Source: Chthoniobacteraceae bacterium
GTDB taxonomy: Bacteria > Verrucomicrobiota > Verrucomicrobiia > Chthoniobacterales > Chthoniobacteraceae
NCBI GenBank assembly: GCA_037190965.1
Contig: JBBCKI010000057.1
Span: forward strand, 1 to 14,993
Length of the DNA: 14,993 nucleotides
Direction of reading: 5' to 3'
Numbering within the stretch: the first letter of the stretch is position 1; every line of letters begins with the position of its first letter. The notes beneath the pieces were generated by a model. The model was given only the letters and a program-made list of their open reading frames with translations, ran no database searches and was not told the DNA's origin. The translations under genes were made by a program, and so were the position numbers. Positions 1 through 8,048 of the stretch are shown here, one piece after another.

Positions 1-79
1 AATCCTCAAGGCTCTCCGGCAGAAGCTGGCGTTGCGAGCGGTCTACTCCGGCAATGAATCTCATCGCCCTTCATCCTGA
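1..79 (+). CDS. Possible 3' end of an upstream gene (partial, unknown product)
   Basis: The frame from position 2 reads ILKALRQKLALRAVYSGNESHRPSS to TGA at 77-79, with host-like codons. It is too short to identify. Confidence 0.35.
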   Translation, partial: ILKALRQKLALRAVYSGNESHRPSS

Positions 80-126
80 TCTCCCTCTCTCAGGCTTTCA
101 ATGACGTAGGTGTGTTTTCACACAGT

Positions 127-266
127 CTCTCTGTTTGGGAATGCCTATGTCTTCGAAACTCCAGTTTCGCAGCCCTGTTCGTTCCGGCACCCTGCACGAG
201 ATACCAAGGCTTTCGAATCAGAGATTCGGGGACAATAGCATTACTAATCTGGAGATTGCTAACAAG
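127..266. repeat. REPIN/MITE-like palindromic element, family A, copy 1 (left arm degenerate)
   Basis: Ungapped 140-nt match to 9524-9663, with 16 mismatches by manual count. Internal hairpins include CGAAACTCCAGTTTCG and CGAATCAGAGATTCG. Confidence 0.85.
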
Positions 267-315
267 GAACGAGGACAAGCATGATTCGTCGTTCCTTGGT
301 GGTGACGATTCTTTT

Positions 316-1773
316 CTACTCTTGGGTCAGGTTGTTCCAAATGTGAATGACGGCGTAGCTTCGCCACGGGCGCCAAGCCTGCGACATTTCTTCAACCTGC
401 TTTGCGTTCACACCCCCAAGATTATTACGCACGGCAATGTCTTCTTTTGGGAAGGCATCCGGCCAGCGCAAAGACCGCATGGCAATATAATGTGCCGTCC
501 ATTGGCCGATGCCCGGAAGAGCGACCAACTGTTGGATGGCGAGCTCCGGGCTGGCTCCTGAATCGAGTTTTAAGGAACCGGAACTGAAAGCCTGCGCCAG
601 CGCGATAATGCACCTGGAACGGGCGCTGACAATGCCGAGCCCGGCAACCTTATCGACATCGGCCTTTCCGACCTGTTCTGCAAGCGGTGATAGCCGCGTC
701 AATTCAGGAAACGGTGTTTCAATTTCCTCTCCGAAAGCCTCTGCAAAACGACAGGCGACCGTCGTTGCTGCCTTGACGGTGATCTGCTGCCCGAGAATCG
801 CCCGCACCGCCATCTCGAAACCATCGAACGCCCCTGGCACACGCAGCCCGGGATTCTTTATGACGCTGGCTTTCAAGGTTTTGTCCTTCATCAGATGACC
901 TGCAATCAGGTCGGGCCGCGCAGTGAGATCGAACAGATTGCGCAACCGCCCCAATAGCGCCGGCAAAACCGGGGTGAGCGAGTGGGTGAATTCCACCATC
1001 AGGGCGTGCTTCTCCGGCGCATGCGTGACCCGAATCCAGCCTGTGCATTTGCCCAATCGCACGGTGCGCGAGTAGCTCCCATCCGTGACGAATTCAACGC
1101 CCTTCATCATCCTGGCGCTCAGGAACTCCAAGATCGCCTGCCAGGCGTACGGGGGGCGATAGCTCAATTGTAATGTCGACGTATCGCCGAAGGTGATCGC
1201 CTTATGAGGCTCCGCGCCCTCTCTCCGCAAACGCGTCGGCGACATGCGGTAACAGCGGCTGAATGCGTCGTTGAATCGGCGCAAGCTGGAAAAACCGCTC
1301 GCAAATGCAATCTCGGTAATTGGGAGTTTTGTCTCAGTCAGCAATTGCTTCGCCAGAAGCAAACGACGTGTTTGCATCAACTCGATCGGCGACACCCCGA
1401 GTTCTTTCTGCACGATCCTTCGCAACTGACGGGAACTGATCTGAAACTGCGCGGCAATCTCGTCGAGGCCGACTCCGTCATCGGCAAACCCTTCATTAAT
1501 CCGCTGGACCATCAGATGCACGATGCGATGCGCGTTATCGACCGGTGCATTGCCCGGAGCCAATTCCGGCCGGCAACGAAGACATGGGCGGAACGACGCC
1601 TTTTCCGCCGCTTCGGCGCTCCCAAAAAAACGGCAGTTCTCTTGCCTGGGTACTTTCGCCGGGCATACTGGCCGACAGTAGATGCCCGTGGAGGTCACGC
1701 CGACAAAAAACACCCCGTCAAAGCGCGGATCATGGGAAGCCAGGGCGCTGTACGCGGCGTTATCGTCAATCAT
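316..1773 (-). CDS. alkA: Ada-AlkA fusion: Ada Zn-binding methylphosphotriester domain, AraC HTH and DNA-3-methyladenine glycosylase II
   Basis: N-terminal DGVFFVGVTSTGIYCRPVC...FRPCLRCRP (Ada Zn site). AraC HTH (EIAFASGFSSLRRFNDAF). AlkA_N region (YRPPYAW...YSRTV). HhH-GPD motif LPGIGQWTAHYIAMR...PDAFPKED. Strong SD AAAGGAG upstream. Confidence 0.95.
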   Translation of the reverse strand: MIDDNAAYSALASHDPRFDGVFFVGVTSTGIYCRPVCPAKVPRQENCRFFGSAEAAEKASFRPCLRCRPELAPGNAPVDNAHRIVHLMVQRINEGFADDGVGLDEIAAQFQISSRQLRRIVQKELGVSPIELMQTRRLLLAKQLLTETKLPITEIAFASGFSSLRRFNDAFSRCYRMSPTRLRREGAEPHKAITFGDTSTLQLSYRPPYAWQAILEFLSARMMKGVEFVTDGSYSRTVRLGKCTGWIRVTHAPEKHALMVEFTHSLTPVLPALLGRLRNLFDLTARPDLIAGHLMKDKTLKASVIKNPGLRVPGAFDGFEMAVRAILGQQITVKAATTVACRFAEAFGEEIETPFPELTRLSPLAEQVGKADVDKVAGLGIVSARSRCIIALAQAFSSGSLKLDSGASPELAIQQLVALPGIGQWTAHYIAMRSLRWPDAFPKEDIAVRNNLGGVNAKQVEEMSQAWRPWRSYAVIHIWNNLTQE

Positions 1774-1803
1774 CGTCCTCTCCTTTCAATCTTTTACTCA
1801 CCC

Positions 1804-1907
1804 ACCATAGACGATCCGCCGACCCAACGCTCGCCGTTTTCGGACATCGAAGCATTTGACTTTCATGTCCGAAAATGGCCAGCAGTTCTCTCGAAAAGCG
1901 TTATGCT
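1804..1907. promoter_or_regulatory. Divergent promoter with an inverted pair of putative Ada-type operator boxes
   Basis: GCTCGCCGTTTTCGGACAT (1829-1847) and ATGTCCGAAAATGGCCAGC (1865-1883) are inverted, matching 17/19. Each is followed 18-19 nt later by a -10-like hexamer: TATGCT at 1902-1907 (+) and TATGGT at 1809-1804 (-). Confidence 0.7.
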
Positions 1908-1934
1908 GAGTTTGGCTGAAGAACAAAACACCCG

Positions 1935-2471
1935 ATGAAACATTCGCAAAAGACCTATTTTTACAAAACGATGAAATCGCCTGTCGGCTTGCTGAGACTG
2001 GTGGCGAGTCATCATGGTTTGGCGGCGATTCTTTGGGAGAATGATGATCCCAAGCGCGTTCGACTGGGTCACCCCGAGGAGGATAAGAGCCATCCGGTGC
2101 TTCTGGAAACGGAGCGCCAGTTAAACGGCTATTTCGCAGGCGAACTCCAAAAATTTTCCCTCAAATTCAATTTCTCCGGAACCGATTTTCAGAAAAAGGT
2201 CTGGGAAGCGTTGACGACCATCCCTTTCGGTGAAACCCGAAGCTATGGAGAAATCGCCAGGCAAATCGGAAGCCCGGCAGCCGTGCGCGCCGTGGGTGCC
2301 GCGAATGGCAAAAATCCCATTTCCATCGTCGTCCCGTGCCATCGCGTCATAGGTGCCAACGGGAAACTGACGGGGTTTGCAGGCGGGCTGGAGACCAAGG
2401 CATTCCTGCTGGAACTTGAATCGAGAGGCGGGCTTTTTGAGTCCGTGGGATCTGGTGTCGTGAAAGATTAG
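1935..2471 (+). CDS. ogt: Methylated-DNA--protein-cysteine methyltransferase (O6-alkylguanine alkyltransferase)
   Basis: GTDFQKKVW...IPFGETRSYGEIA...AVRAVGAANGKNPISIVVPCHRVIG...GFAGG, including the PCHR active site. Confidence 0.96.
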   Translation: MKHSQKTYFYKTMKSPVGLLRLVASHHGLAAILWENDDPKRVRLGHPEEDKSHPVLLETERQLNGYFAGELQKFSLKFNFSGTDFQKKVWEALTTIPFGETRSYGEIARQIGSPAAVRAVGAANGKNPISIVVPCHRVIGANGKLTGFAGGLETKAFLLELESRGGLFESVGSGVVKD

Positions 2472-2521
2472 ATTATCGCCGGTATTCGAATGAAGGGCAG
2501 ACCTGCACGCCCCTGCGGACG

Positions 2522-2622
2522 AAAGCGGGCGGAAAACCGCCGCACTCCAAGACGCTGACGCGAGTCTTGGCGCGCTTTATTGCGCGGAATCGTCTTGGAG
2601 TGCGGCGGCTCGACACCGCTTT
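2522..2622. repeat. REP doublet (family B, GGAGTGCGGC type) between the convergent ogt and uxaE genes
   Basis: Perfect 18-bp inverted repeat CCGCCGCACTCCAAGACG (2537-2554) / CGTCTTGGAGTGCGGCGG (2591-2608), plus outer AAAGCGG (2522-2528) / CCGCTTT (2616-2622). Confidence 0.75.
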
Positions 2623-2641
2623 GGAATTGCGGCACAAGCCT

Positions 2642-2669
2642 AGGAGTGCGCCCTGTCGGACGCACTCCT
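2642..2669. terminator. Hairpin, possible terminator for uxaE (or REP-related)
   Basis: AGGAGTGCG...CGCACTCCT 9-bp stem about 30 nt past the uxaE stop. No strong U-tract. Confidence 0.4.
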
Positions 2670-2698
2670 GAAAAGCGAAGCAATCGCGAGCCCGGGGC

Positions 2699-3931
2699 CT
2701 ACCCGAAGATCGGCTTGATGTGCCGTTCCAGCAGGTTTTCCGTCACGTTCTTCCCCACGATCTCGGCGTTCTTCTTGAGCGCGTCAGTGTAGCGGGTGCC
2801 CATTTCCGCGGCCACCTTGAAGGCGACGTGCAGCAACTGGCGAAAATGAAGGTTGTAGTGCGGGGATGACTGGACGTGACGCAGGCTCTCTGCAAAGCGC
2901 TGGCAACTCCATCCATCCACTTCCTCGGGCGACGGCAGTTTGGCCTTGTCAATGTCAATGACGGTCGCATAAGGCGCGGCGAGTTCGTCGTAGCGGGAGA
3001 ATGCGCCCCGGTAGATTTCTTTGACGAGCGCCTCTTCGCCCGCTTCCGCGAGGCCGACGAGTTCCTCAAGCCAAGTCGTTCCCGCCGTTTTGACGTGCAG
3101 GCCCGCGCCGTGCTTTTTGACGAGGCGATTGATGATCGGGTAAATGGAAAATTTGTCGCTGCCGGAGTGGACGCTCAACTTGAGCGAGGCAGGAAGGCCG
3201 AATTCGCGGATGGCGAAGGCGACCACGCAGAGGTCTTCGTCGAACTCTTTCTCGAACTGCGCCAGGTTCCCGACATAATCGACCCCCTTGTTGAAGCGGC
3301 CCGTGAACTTCGGCGCGATGGTCTGCACCGGCACCCCTTCCTGCGCCAGCATGGCGAGGATCAGGAAAAGCTCGGCGGGATTTTGCGGCGTGTCGGTTTC
3401 ATCCACGGAGACCTCCGTGACGAACGAGGCCTTGGCCGCCGCGATATGCCGGTAGATGCGGCCCGCTTCCTGCATCGCAAAGAGGAACTTGGCGGCGGAA
3501 CAGCGAAGGAGTTCTTCGGTCACCTCCAGAGGCTCGGCAATCCCCTCGATGGCGAGCTTGCCGACGTACTTGCGGTGCCCGTCCACAAAGCGCTCGATTT
3601 CCTCCTGGGGGGCGGGTTTGGCCACGAAGTCGGCGACATCGAGAGTGAAGAAGTCGCTTGCCCCGATGAACGCGTCCACCGTGGCAAGACCGATATGATC
3701 CGCATCGACATGATACGAACCCTTCCATCCCAGGGCGGCCACGGCGGCGTCGGCTTCGGCCCGCACGCTCTGCGGCTCGGACTTGACGATCTTGTGCTCG
3801 CGGTTGGACTTGTTCCAGACCGGCGCAAGGTTAAGCCCCAGCTCGCTCGCGCGTACGACTGCCCGCAGTTGCGCCTGGCCCTGATGGGCAAAGCGGTCAC
3901 CCATCCCGATGGAGAATTTTTCGATGATCAT
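2699..3931 (-). CDS. uxaE: Tagaturonate/fructuronate epimerase (UxaE family), 410 aa
   Basis: Start reassigned to MIIEKFSIGMGDRF (ATG at 3931). Motifs DADH, EVSVDET, APKFTGRFNKGVDY, KLSVHSGSDKF and HVKTAGTTWLE. Neighbours uxaC. The longer ORF start at 4087 would overlap galT. Confidence 0.9.
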   Translation of the reverse strand: MIIEKFSIGMGDRFAHQGQAQLRAVVRASELGLNLAPVWNKSNREHKIVKSEPQSVRAEADAAVAALGWKGSYHVDADHIGLATVDAFIGASDFFTLDVADFVAKPAPQEEIERFVDGHRKYVGKLAIEGIAEPLEVTEELLRCSAAKFLFAMQEAGRIYRHIAAAKASFVTEVSVDETDTPQNPAELFLILAMLAQEGVPVQTIAPKFTGRFNKGVDYVGNLAQFEKEFDEDLCVVAFAIREFGLPASLKLSVHSGSDKFSIYPIINRLVKKHGAGLHVKTAGTTWLEELVGLAEAGEEALVKEIYRGAFSRYDELAAPYATVIDIDKAKLPSPEEVDGWSCQRFAESLRHVQSSPHYNLHFRQLLHVAFKVAAEMGTRYTDALKKNAEIVGKNVTENLLERHIKPIFG

Positions 3932-3985
3932 AAACGTAGGCGGATAGAATGGAGAACTATCACGCGATAAATCGAGAAAAATCGC

Positions 3986-5011
3986 ATGCCATCCGGTCAT
4001 CAGAATCCCCATCGACGTTTGAACCCGCTTACCGGCGAATGGGTGCTCGTCTCGCCACACCGGACGCGGCGTCCGTGGCTGGGGCATCGGGAATCACCCC
4101 CGGCGGGAGCCCTTCCGGCCTACGATCCTCACTGCTATCTTTGTCCCGGCAATGAACGCTCGGGAGGCACTCGCAACCCGGTCTATACCGGCACCCTCGT
4201 TTTCGATAACGATTTCCCCGCGCTCCTGCCGGACGCCCCGGCGATGCCAGAACCCGGGCAATCCCTTTTGCGGAGCGAACCCGCCTCCGGCCTTTGCCGT
4301 GTGCTTTGTTTTTCGCCCCGGCACGATTGGACGCTCCCCGACATGCCGGTGGAAGCCATCAGACACGTCGTGGATGCCTGGGCCCAACAGACGGCGGAGC
4401 TTGGCGGGCGTTACCGATGGATTCAGATCTTCGAAAACAAAGGGGAGATCATGGGATGCTCGAACCCCCACCCTCATGGCCAGATCTGGGCCAGCGACCA
4501 TCTCCCAATGGAGCCCGCCAAGGAGGACCGGCGGCAAAGGGCGCACTGGCAATCGGCCGGTTCGCCGTTGCTCCTCGACGTGCTGGAACTTGAGCTTCGT
4601 CATGGCGAGCGGCTGGTCACCGAAAACGCGCATTGGGTGGCGCTGGTGCCGTTTTGGGCGGTCTGGCCTTACGAAACGCTTCTCCTCCCCCGTCGGCATG
4701 TCTCCCGATTGCCGGATCTGAACGACCAGGAACGCAATGCGCTGGCAGACATCCTCAAGCGGCTCCTCACCCGTTACGATCATCTCTTCGGCATCCCCTT
4801 CCCTTACTCGATGGGCTGGCACGGCGCGCCCGGCGACGATCCCGACGCGGGCCACTGGCAGTTGCACGCGCACTTCTACCCGCCATTGCTCCGCTCGGCA
4901 ACGGTCAAGAAATTCATGGTCGGCTACGAAATGCTGGCCGAACCGCAGCGAGACCTCACCGCGGAACGGGCTGCGGAAACCCTGCGATTGCTCCCCGAGA
5001 TCAAGCCATGA
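3986..5011 (+). CDS. galT: Galactose-1-phosphate uridylyltransferase
   Basis: [43 protein letters not shown] (HPH active site), PYSMGWH and [15 protein letters not shown]. Confidence 0.96.
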   Translation: MPSGHQNPHRRLNPLTGEWVLVSPHRTRRPWLGHRESPPAGALPAYDPHCYLCPGNERSGGTRNPVYTGTLVFDNDFPALLPDAPAMPEPGQSLLRSEPASGLCRVLCFSPRHDWTLPDMPVEAIRHVVDAWAQQTAELGGRYRWIQIFENKGEIMGCSNPHPHGQIWASDHLPMEPAKEDRRQRAHWQSAGSPLLLDVLELELRHGERLVTENAHWVALVPFWAVWPYETLLLPRRHVSRLPDLNDQERNALADILKRLLTRYDHLFGIPFPYSMGWHGAPGDDPDAGHWQLHAHFYPPLLRSATVKKFMVGYEMLAEPQRDLTAERAAETLRLLPEIKP

Positions 5012-5460
5012 AAATCGTCATCGGATCAGACCACGCCGGATTCCGTTACAAGGCAATCATCAAGGCGCATCTCCTCGCGCAGGGGCACGAAATCGTCGAT
5101 CTCGGCACCTCCTCGCTGGAGCCGGTGGATTACCCGGTCTTCATCCGTCCCGTGGCCGAGGCGGTGGCGCGCGGCGAGTTCGAACGCGGCATCATTCTGG
5201 GGGGCTCCGGCAATGGCGAAGCGATCGTCGCCAACCGCGTGCCCGGAATCCGCTGCGCCGTTTGCTGGAACGCGGAATCCGCCCGGCTTGCCCGCGCGCA
5301 CAACGCGTCCAACATCATCTCCCTCGGCGAACGAATGATCCCCGAGGGCGATCTGCCCATGATCATTGACCTTTGGATGAACACCGCCTTTGAAGGCGGA
5401 CGCCACCTTCGACGGATCGAGATGATCGATCCGGGGTTGCGTGAAGATGAGGTTAGATAG
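5008..5460 (+). CDS. rpiB: Ribose-5-phosphate isomerase B family sugar-phosphate isomerase, 150 aa
   Basis: [28 protein letters not shown] and [10 protein letters not shown]. The ATG at 5008 overlaps the galT stop (ATGA). Confidence 0.93.
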   Translation: MKIVIGSDHAGFRYKAIIKAHLLAQGHEIVDLGTSSLEPVDYPVFIRPVAEAVARGEFERGIILGGSGNGEAIVANRVPGIRCAVCWNAESARLARAHNASNIISLGERMIPEGDLPMIIDLWMNTAFEGGRHLRRIEMIDPGLREDEVR

Positions 5461-5498
5461 CTTGCAAAGAAGCGCATTCCCGCTTGGAATGACGCGCC

Positions 5499-6905
5499 AT
5501 GGACTTTTTGACGGAAGATTTCCTCTTACATAACGAGGTCGCCCGCGAACTCTATCACAGCCACGCCGCCGAGGAGCCGATCCTCGATTATCACTGTCAC
5601 CTCCCCCCGGACCAGATCGCCTGCAACAAGCAGTTCCGCAATCTCCATGAAGTCTGGCTGGCGGGAGACCACTATAAATGGCGGGCGATGCGCGCCAACG
5701 GCGTACCTGAGCGCTTCATCACCGGCGACGCCAGCGACTGGGAGAAATTCCTCGCGTATGCAAAAACCGTCCCGCGCACGATCCGCAACCCGCTCTACCA
5801 CTGGACGCATCTGGAGTTGAAGCGGTTCTTCGGGATCACCAAGCTTCTCAACGAGGAGACGGCGAAGGCGATCTGGGACGAGGCCAACGCGCAACTCGCC
5901 ACGCCGGAGCTCTCCACGCACGGCATCCTCAAAAGCAACCGGATCGCCGCCGTCTGCACCACCGACGATCCGGCCGATCCCCTGCCCCATCACGAGGCGA
6001 TTGCAAAGAGCGGGCTTTCCACGCGCGTCTATCCCACCTTTCGCCCGGACGGCGCGCTGATCCCCGATCAGCCCGAGAAATTCGCCGAATGGATCGGCAG
6101 GCTCGAGAACTCCAGCGGCATTGCCTGCGGCGACTACGCAGGGTTCTGTAATGCCCTCGACGCGCGTCACGACGCGTTTCACCAGATCGGCGGGCGACTT
6201 TCCGATCATGGCATGGAGACAATCGCCGCCGAGCCTTGCAGCGATGAGGAAGCCGCCCGCATCTACGCGAAAGCCCGGTTGGGCGAAGCCGCCACTCCGC
6301 AGGAGACCGCGCGGTTTGTCTCCCATATCATGCTCTTTCTTGGACGGCTCGACGCCAAACGCGGCTGGACGAAACAGCTCCACCTCGGCGCGCTCCGCAA
6401 CGTGAACCGCCGCATGGCGGGCCTGCTTGGCAAGGACTCCGGCTTCGACACGATCGGCAGTTACCACCATGCCACGCCGCTGGCGCGCTATCTCGACGCG
6501 CTCGACGCGACGGACGAACTGCCCAGGACGATCCTCTACAACCTCAACCCGGCGGACAACTATGTCTTCGCCTGCATGATCGGCAATTTTCAGGATGGCT
6601 CCGTGGCCGGGAAGATCCAGTTCGGCAGCGGCTGGTGGTTTCTCGACCAGAAGGAGGCGATGGAGTGGCAGATCAACGCCCTCTCCAATCTTGGGCTGCT
6701 AAGCCGGTTTGTCGGGATGCTGACCGATTCGCGCAGTTTCCTGAGCTATTCGCGCCATGAGTATTTCCGCCGAATTCTCTGCAACCTGCTGGGCCGCGAC
6801 GTCGAGAACGGCGAGTTGCCGCGCGACCTTCCGCTCCTGAGCGGCATCGTGCGCGACATCTGCTTCCGCAACGCGCAAGTCTACTTCCGCCTGCCTGGTG
6901 TGTAG
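5499..6905 (+). CDS. uxaC: Glucuronate/galacturonate (uronate) isomerase
   Basis: PILDYHCHL, GDHYKWRAMR, NPLYHWTHLEL, CTTDDP, GSGWWFLDQ and GMLTDSRSFLSY-RHEYFRR. Confidence 0.96.
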   Translation: MDFLTEDFLLHNEVARELYHSHAAEEPILDYHCHLPPDQIACNKQFRNLHEVWLAGDHYKWRAMRANGVPERFITGDASDWEKFLAYAKTVPRTIRNPLYHWTHLELKRFFGITKLLNEETAKAIWDEANAQLATPELSTHGILKSNRIAAVCTTDDPADPLPHHEAIAKSGLSTRVYPTFRPDGALIPDQPEKFAEWIGRLENSSGIACGDYAGFCNALDARHDAFHQIGGRLSDHGMETIAAEPCSDEEAARIYAKARLGEAATPQETARFVSHIMLFLGRLDAKRGWTKQLHLGALRNVNRRMAGLLGKDSGFDTIGSYHHATPLARYLDALDATDELPRTILYNLNPADNYVFACMIGNFQDGSVAGKIQFGSGWWFLDQKEAMEWQINALSNLGLLSRFVGMLTDSRSFLSYSRHEYFRRILCNLLGRDVENGELPRDLPLLSGIVRDICFRNAQVYFRLPGV

Positions 6906-7023
6906 GGTGCAGGTCTTTGCCCCCTGGCGCGCGCACGCTCGAAAAAGGAGTCGATCCCCATTTACAACCCCGGCATGGCTTTCCCTCGGCGGCCGGTGTT
7001 GCAAATGAAAGGAATCACTCATC

Positions 7024-7266
7024 ATGAAAGCCATTACTCTCGGCTGCCTGGCGGCAGCCGTCCTCTGCGCCATCCCCGAAGTCGCGGAAGCGCGGCGAAC
7101 CGTTGTACGAAGAGGCCCGGGAAATGTTGTCGTTGTTGAACGAGGCCCCCACGGCAGGCGTGTTCATCGGCGGGTGGTCCGCCCCCACGCGCGAGCTGTT
7201 TGGGTGGAGGGCCACTGGACCTGGCGTCGCGGCAGGCGAGTCTGGGTTCCCGCCCATTGGCGGTGA
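7024..7266 (+). CDS. Small secreted Arg/Trp-rich protein, YXWGXW-repeat-like
   Basis: Signal-peptide-like N-terminus ending AEA. C-terminal WVEGHWTW...WVPAHW repeats. SD-like AAAGGA at 7008-7013. Confidence 0.75.
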   Translation: MKAITLGCLAAAVLCAIPEVAEARRTVVRRGPGNVVVVERGPHGRRVHRRVVRPHARAVWVEGHWTWRRGRRVWVPAHWR

Positions 7267-7275
7267 AGTAAACGA

Positions 7276-7421
7276 GGTAGCCCGCTCTCGCCGAGAGCGC
7301 CGGATCGGTGAAGAGTCGCATTAGACGCCCATCCCCGCAAGACAGGCTGCTGGTGCTGGGATGTAGCCTTTATAATGCCACGGGAGCCGTACCCCGCGCT
7401 CGACGGCGCGAGCGGGCTACC
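7276..7421. repeat. GTAG-type REP doublet (family C, REPIN-like)
   Basis: GGTAGCCCGCTC (7276-7287) and GAGCGGGCTACC (7410-7421) form a perfect 12-bp inverted repeat. Each arm has its own hairpin next to the GTAG tetranucleotide. Confidence 0.7.
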
Positions 7422-7519
7422 GGTGCTGCCGCACTATTCTGATACGCGTAACTGATCTCCTTGTGATTGTTTTCACAATTTGCGCTTGCCCGGAAAAACG
7501 GGGCCCGTAGAGTCTCTGT

Positions 7520-8044
7520 ATGGCTTCTCAGACTCCGGTTGCTTACGACTCCAAGATCGAAGGCAACGTGATCTTTACTCAAACCGACGCCGCCATCAAC
7601 TGGATGCGAAAAAACTCGCTCTGGCCGATGCCGATGGGCTTGGCCTGCTGCGCGATCGAACTGATGGCGACGGCTTCGTCGCGGTTTGATATTTCTCGTT
7701 TCGGCGCGGAAGTAATGCGCTTTTCCCCTCGCCAGAGCGACCTCATGATTGTCGCCGGAACGGTGACCTACAAGATGGCGCTGGCGGTGAAACGCATTTA
7801 CGACCAGATGACCGAGCCGAAGTGGGTGATCGCCATGGGGGCGTGCGCTTCCAGCGGCGGCATGTACCGCAGCTACGCGGTGCTCCAGGGGGTCGACCAG
7901 ATCATCCCGGTGGACGTGTATGTTTCCGGCTGCCCCCCCCGCCCCGAAGCCCTTCTGGAAGGGCTGATGCGCCTCCAGAAGAAAATTGAGACTGAAAAGT
8001 CGCTCCTCGATCAGAAACGCGAATTGCTTGCCTCCCTTCCGTGA
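7520..8044 (+). CDS. nuoB: NADH-quinone oxidoreductase subunit B
   Basis: [32 protein letters not shown] and GCPPRPE (N2 Fe-S ligands). Confidence 0.96.
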   Translation: MASQTPVAYDSKIEGNVIFTQTDAAINWMRKNSLWPMPMGLACCAIELMATASSRFDISRFGAEVMRFSPRQSDLMIVAGTVTYKMALAVKRIYDQMTEPKWVIAMGACASSGGMYRSYAVLQGVDQIIPVDVYVSGCPPRPEALLEGLMRLQKKIETEKSLLDQKRELLASLP

Positions 8045-8048
8045 CCCC

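Noticed and set aside
90..278. Short ORFs over the repeat elements (90-278, 112-561, 2468-2683, 2580-2792, 9532-9819, 9324-9659)
   Set aside because: They are translations of palindromic repeats. The shared peptides between copies reflect the DNA repeat.
263..298. 10-bp inverted repeat CAAGGAACGA/TCGTTCCTTG as the alkA terminator
   Set aside because: It has a 16-nt loop and no U-tract on the minus strand, and it partly overlaps the end of the repeat.
2876..3970. 364-aa + strand ORF, and similar long ORFs at 4094-4873, 5526-6470, 7370-8221, 10287-11093, 11217-12488 and 13148-14161
   Set aside because: These are antisense shadows of well-identified genes, expected from high-GC codon bias, and have no recognisable motifs.
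3932..4087. N-terminal extension of the uxaE ORF, and likewise the extensions of rpiB (4633), nuoC (7986), TPR (8932) and GT2 (13957)
   Set aside because: Most overlap neighbouring genes, and family homology begins at the downstream ATG in each case.
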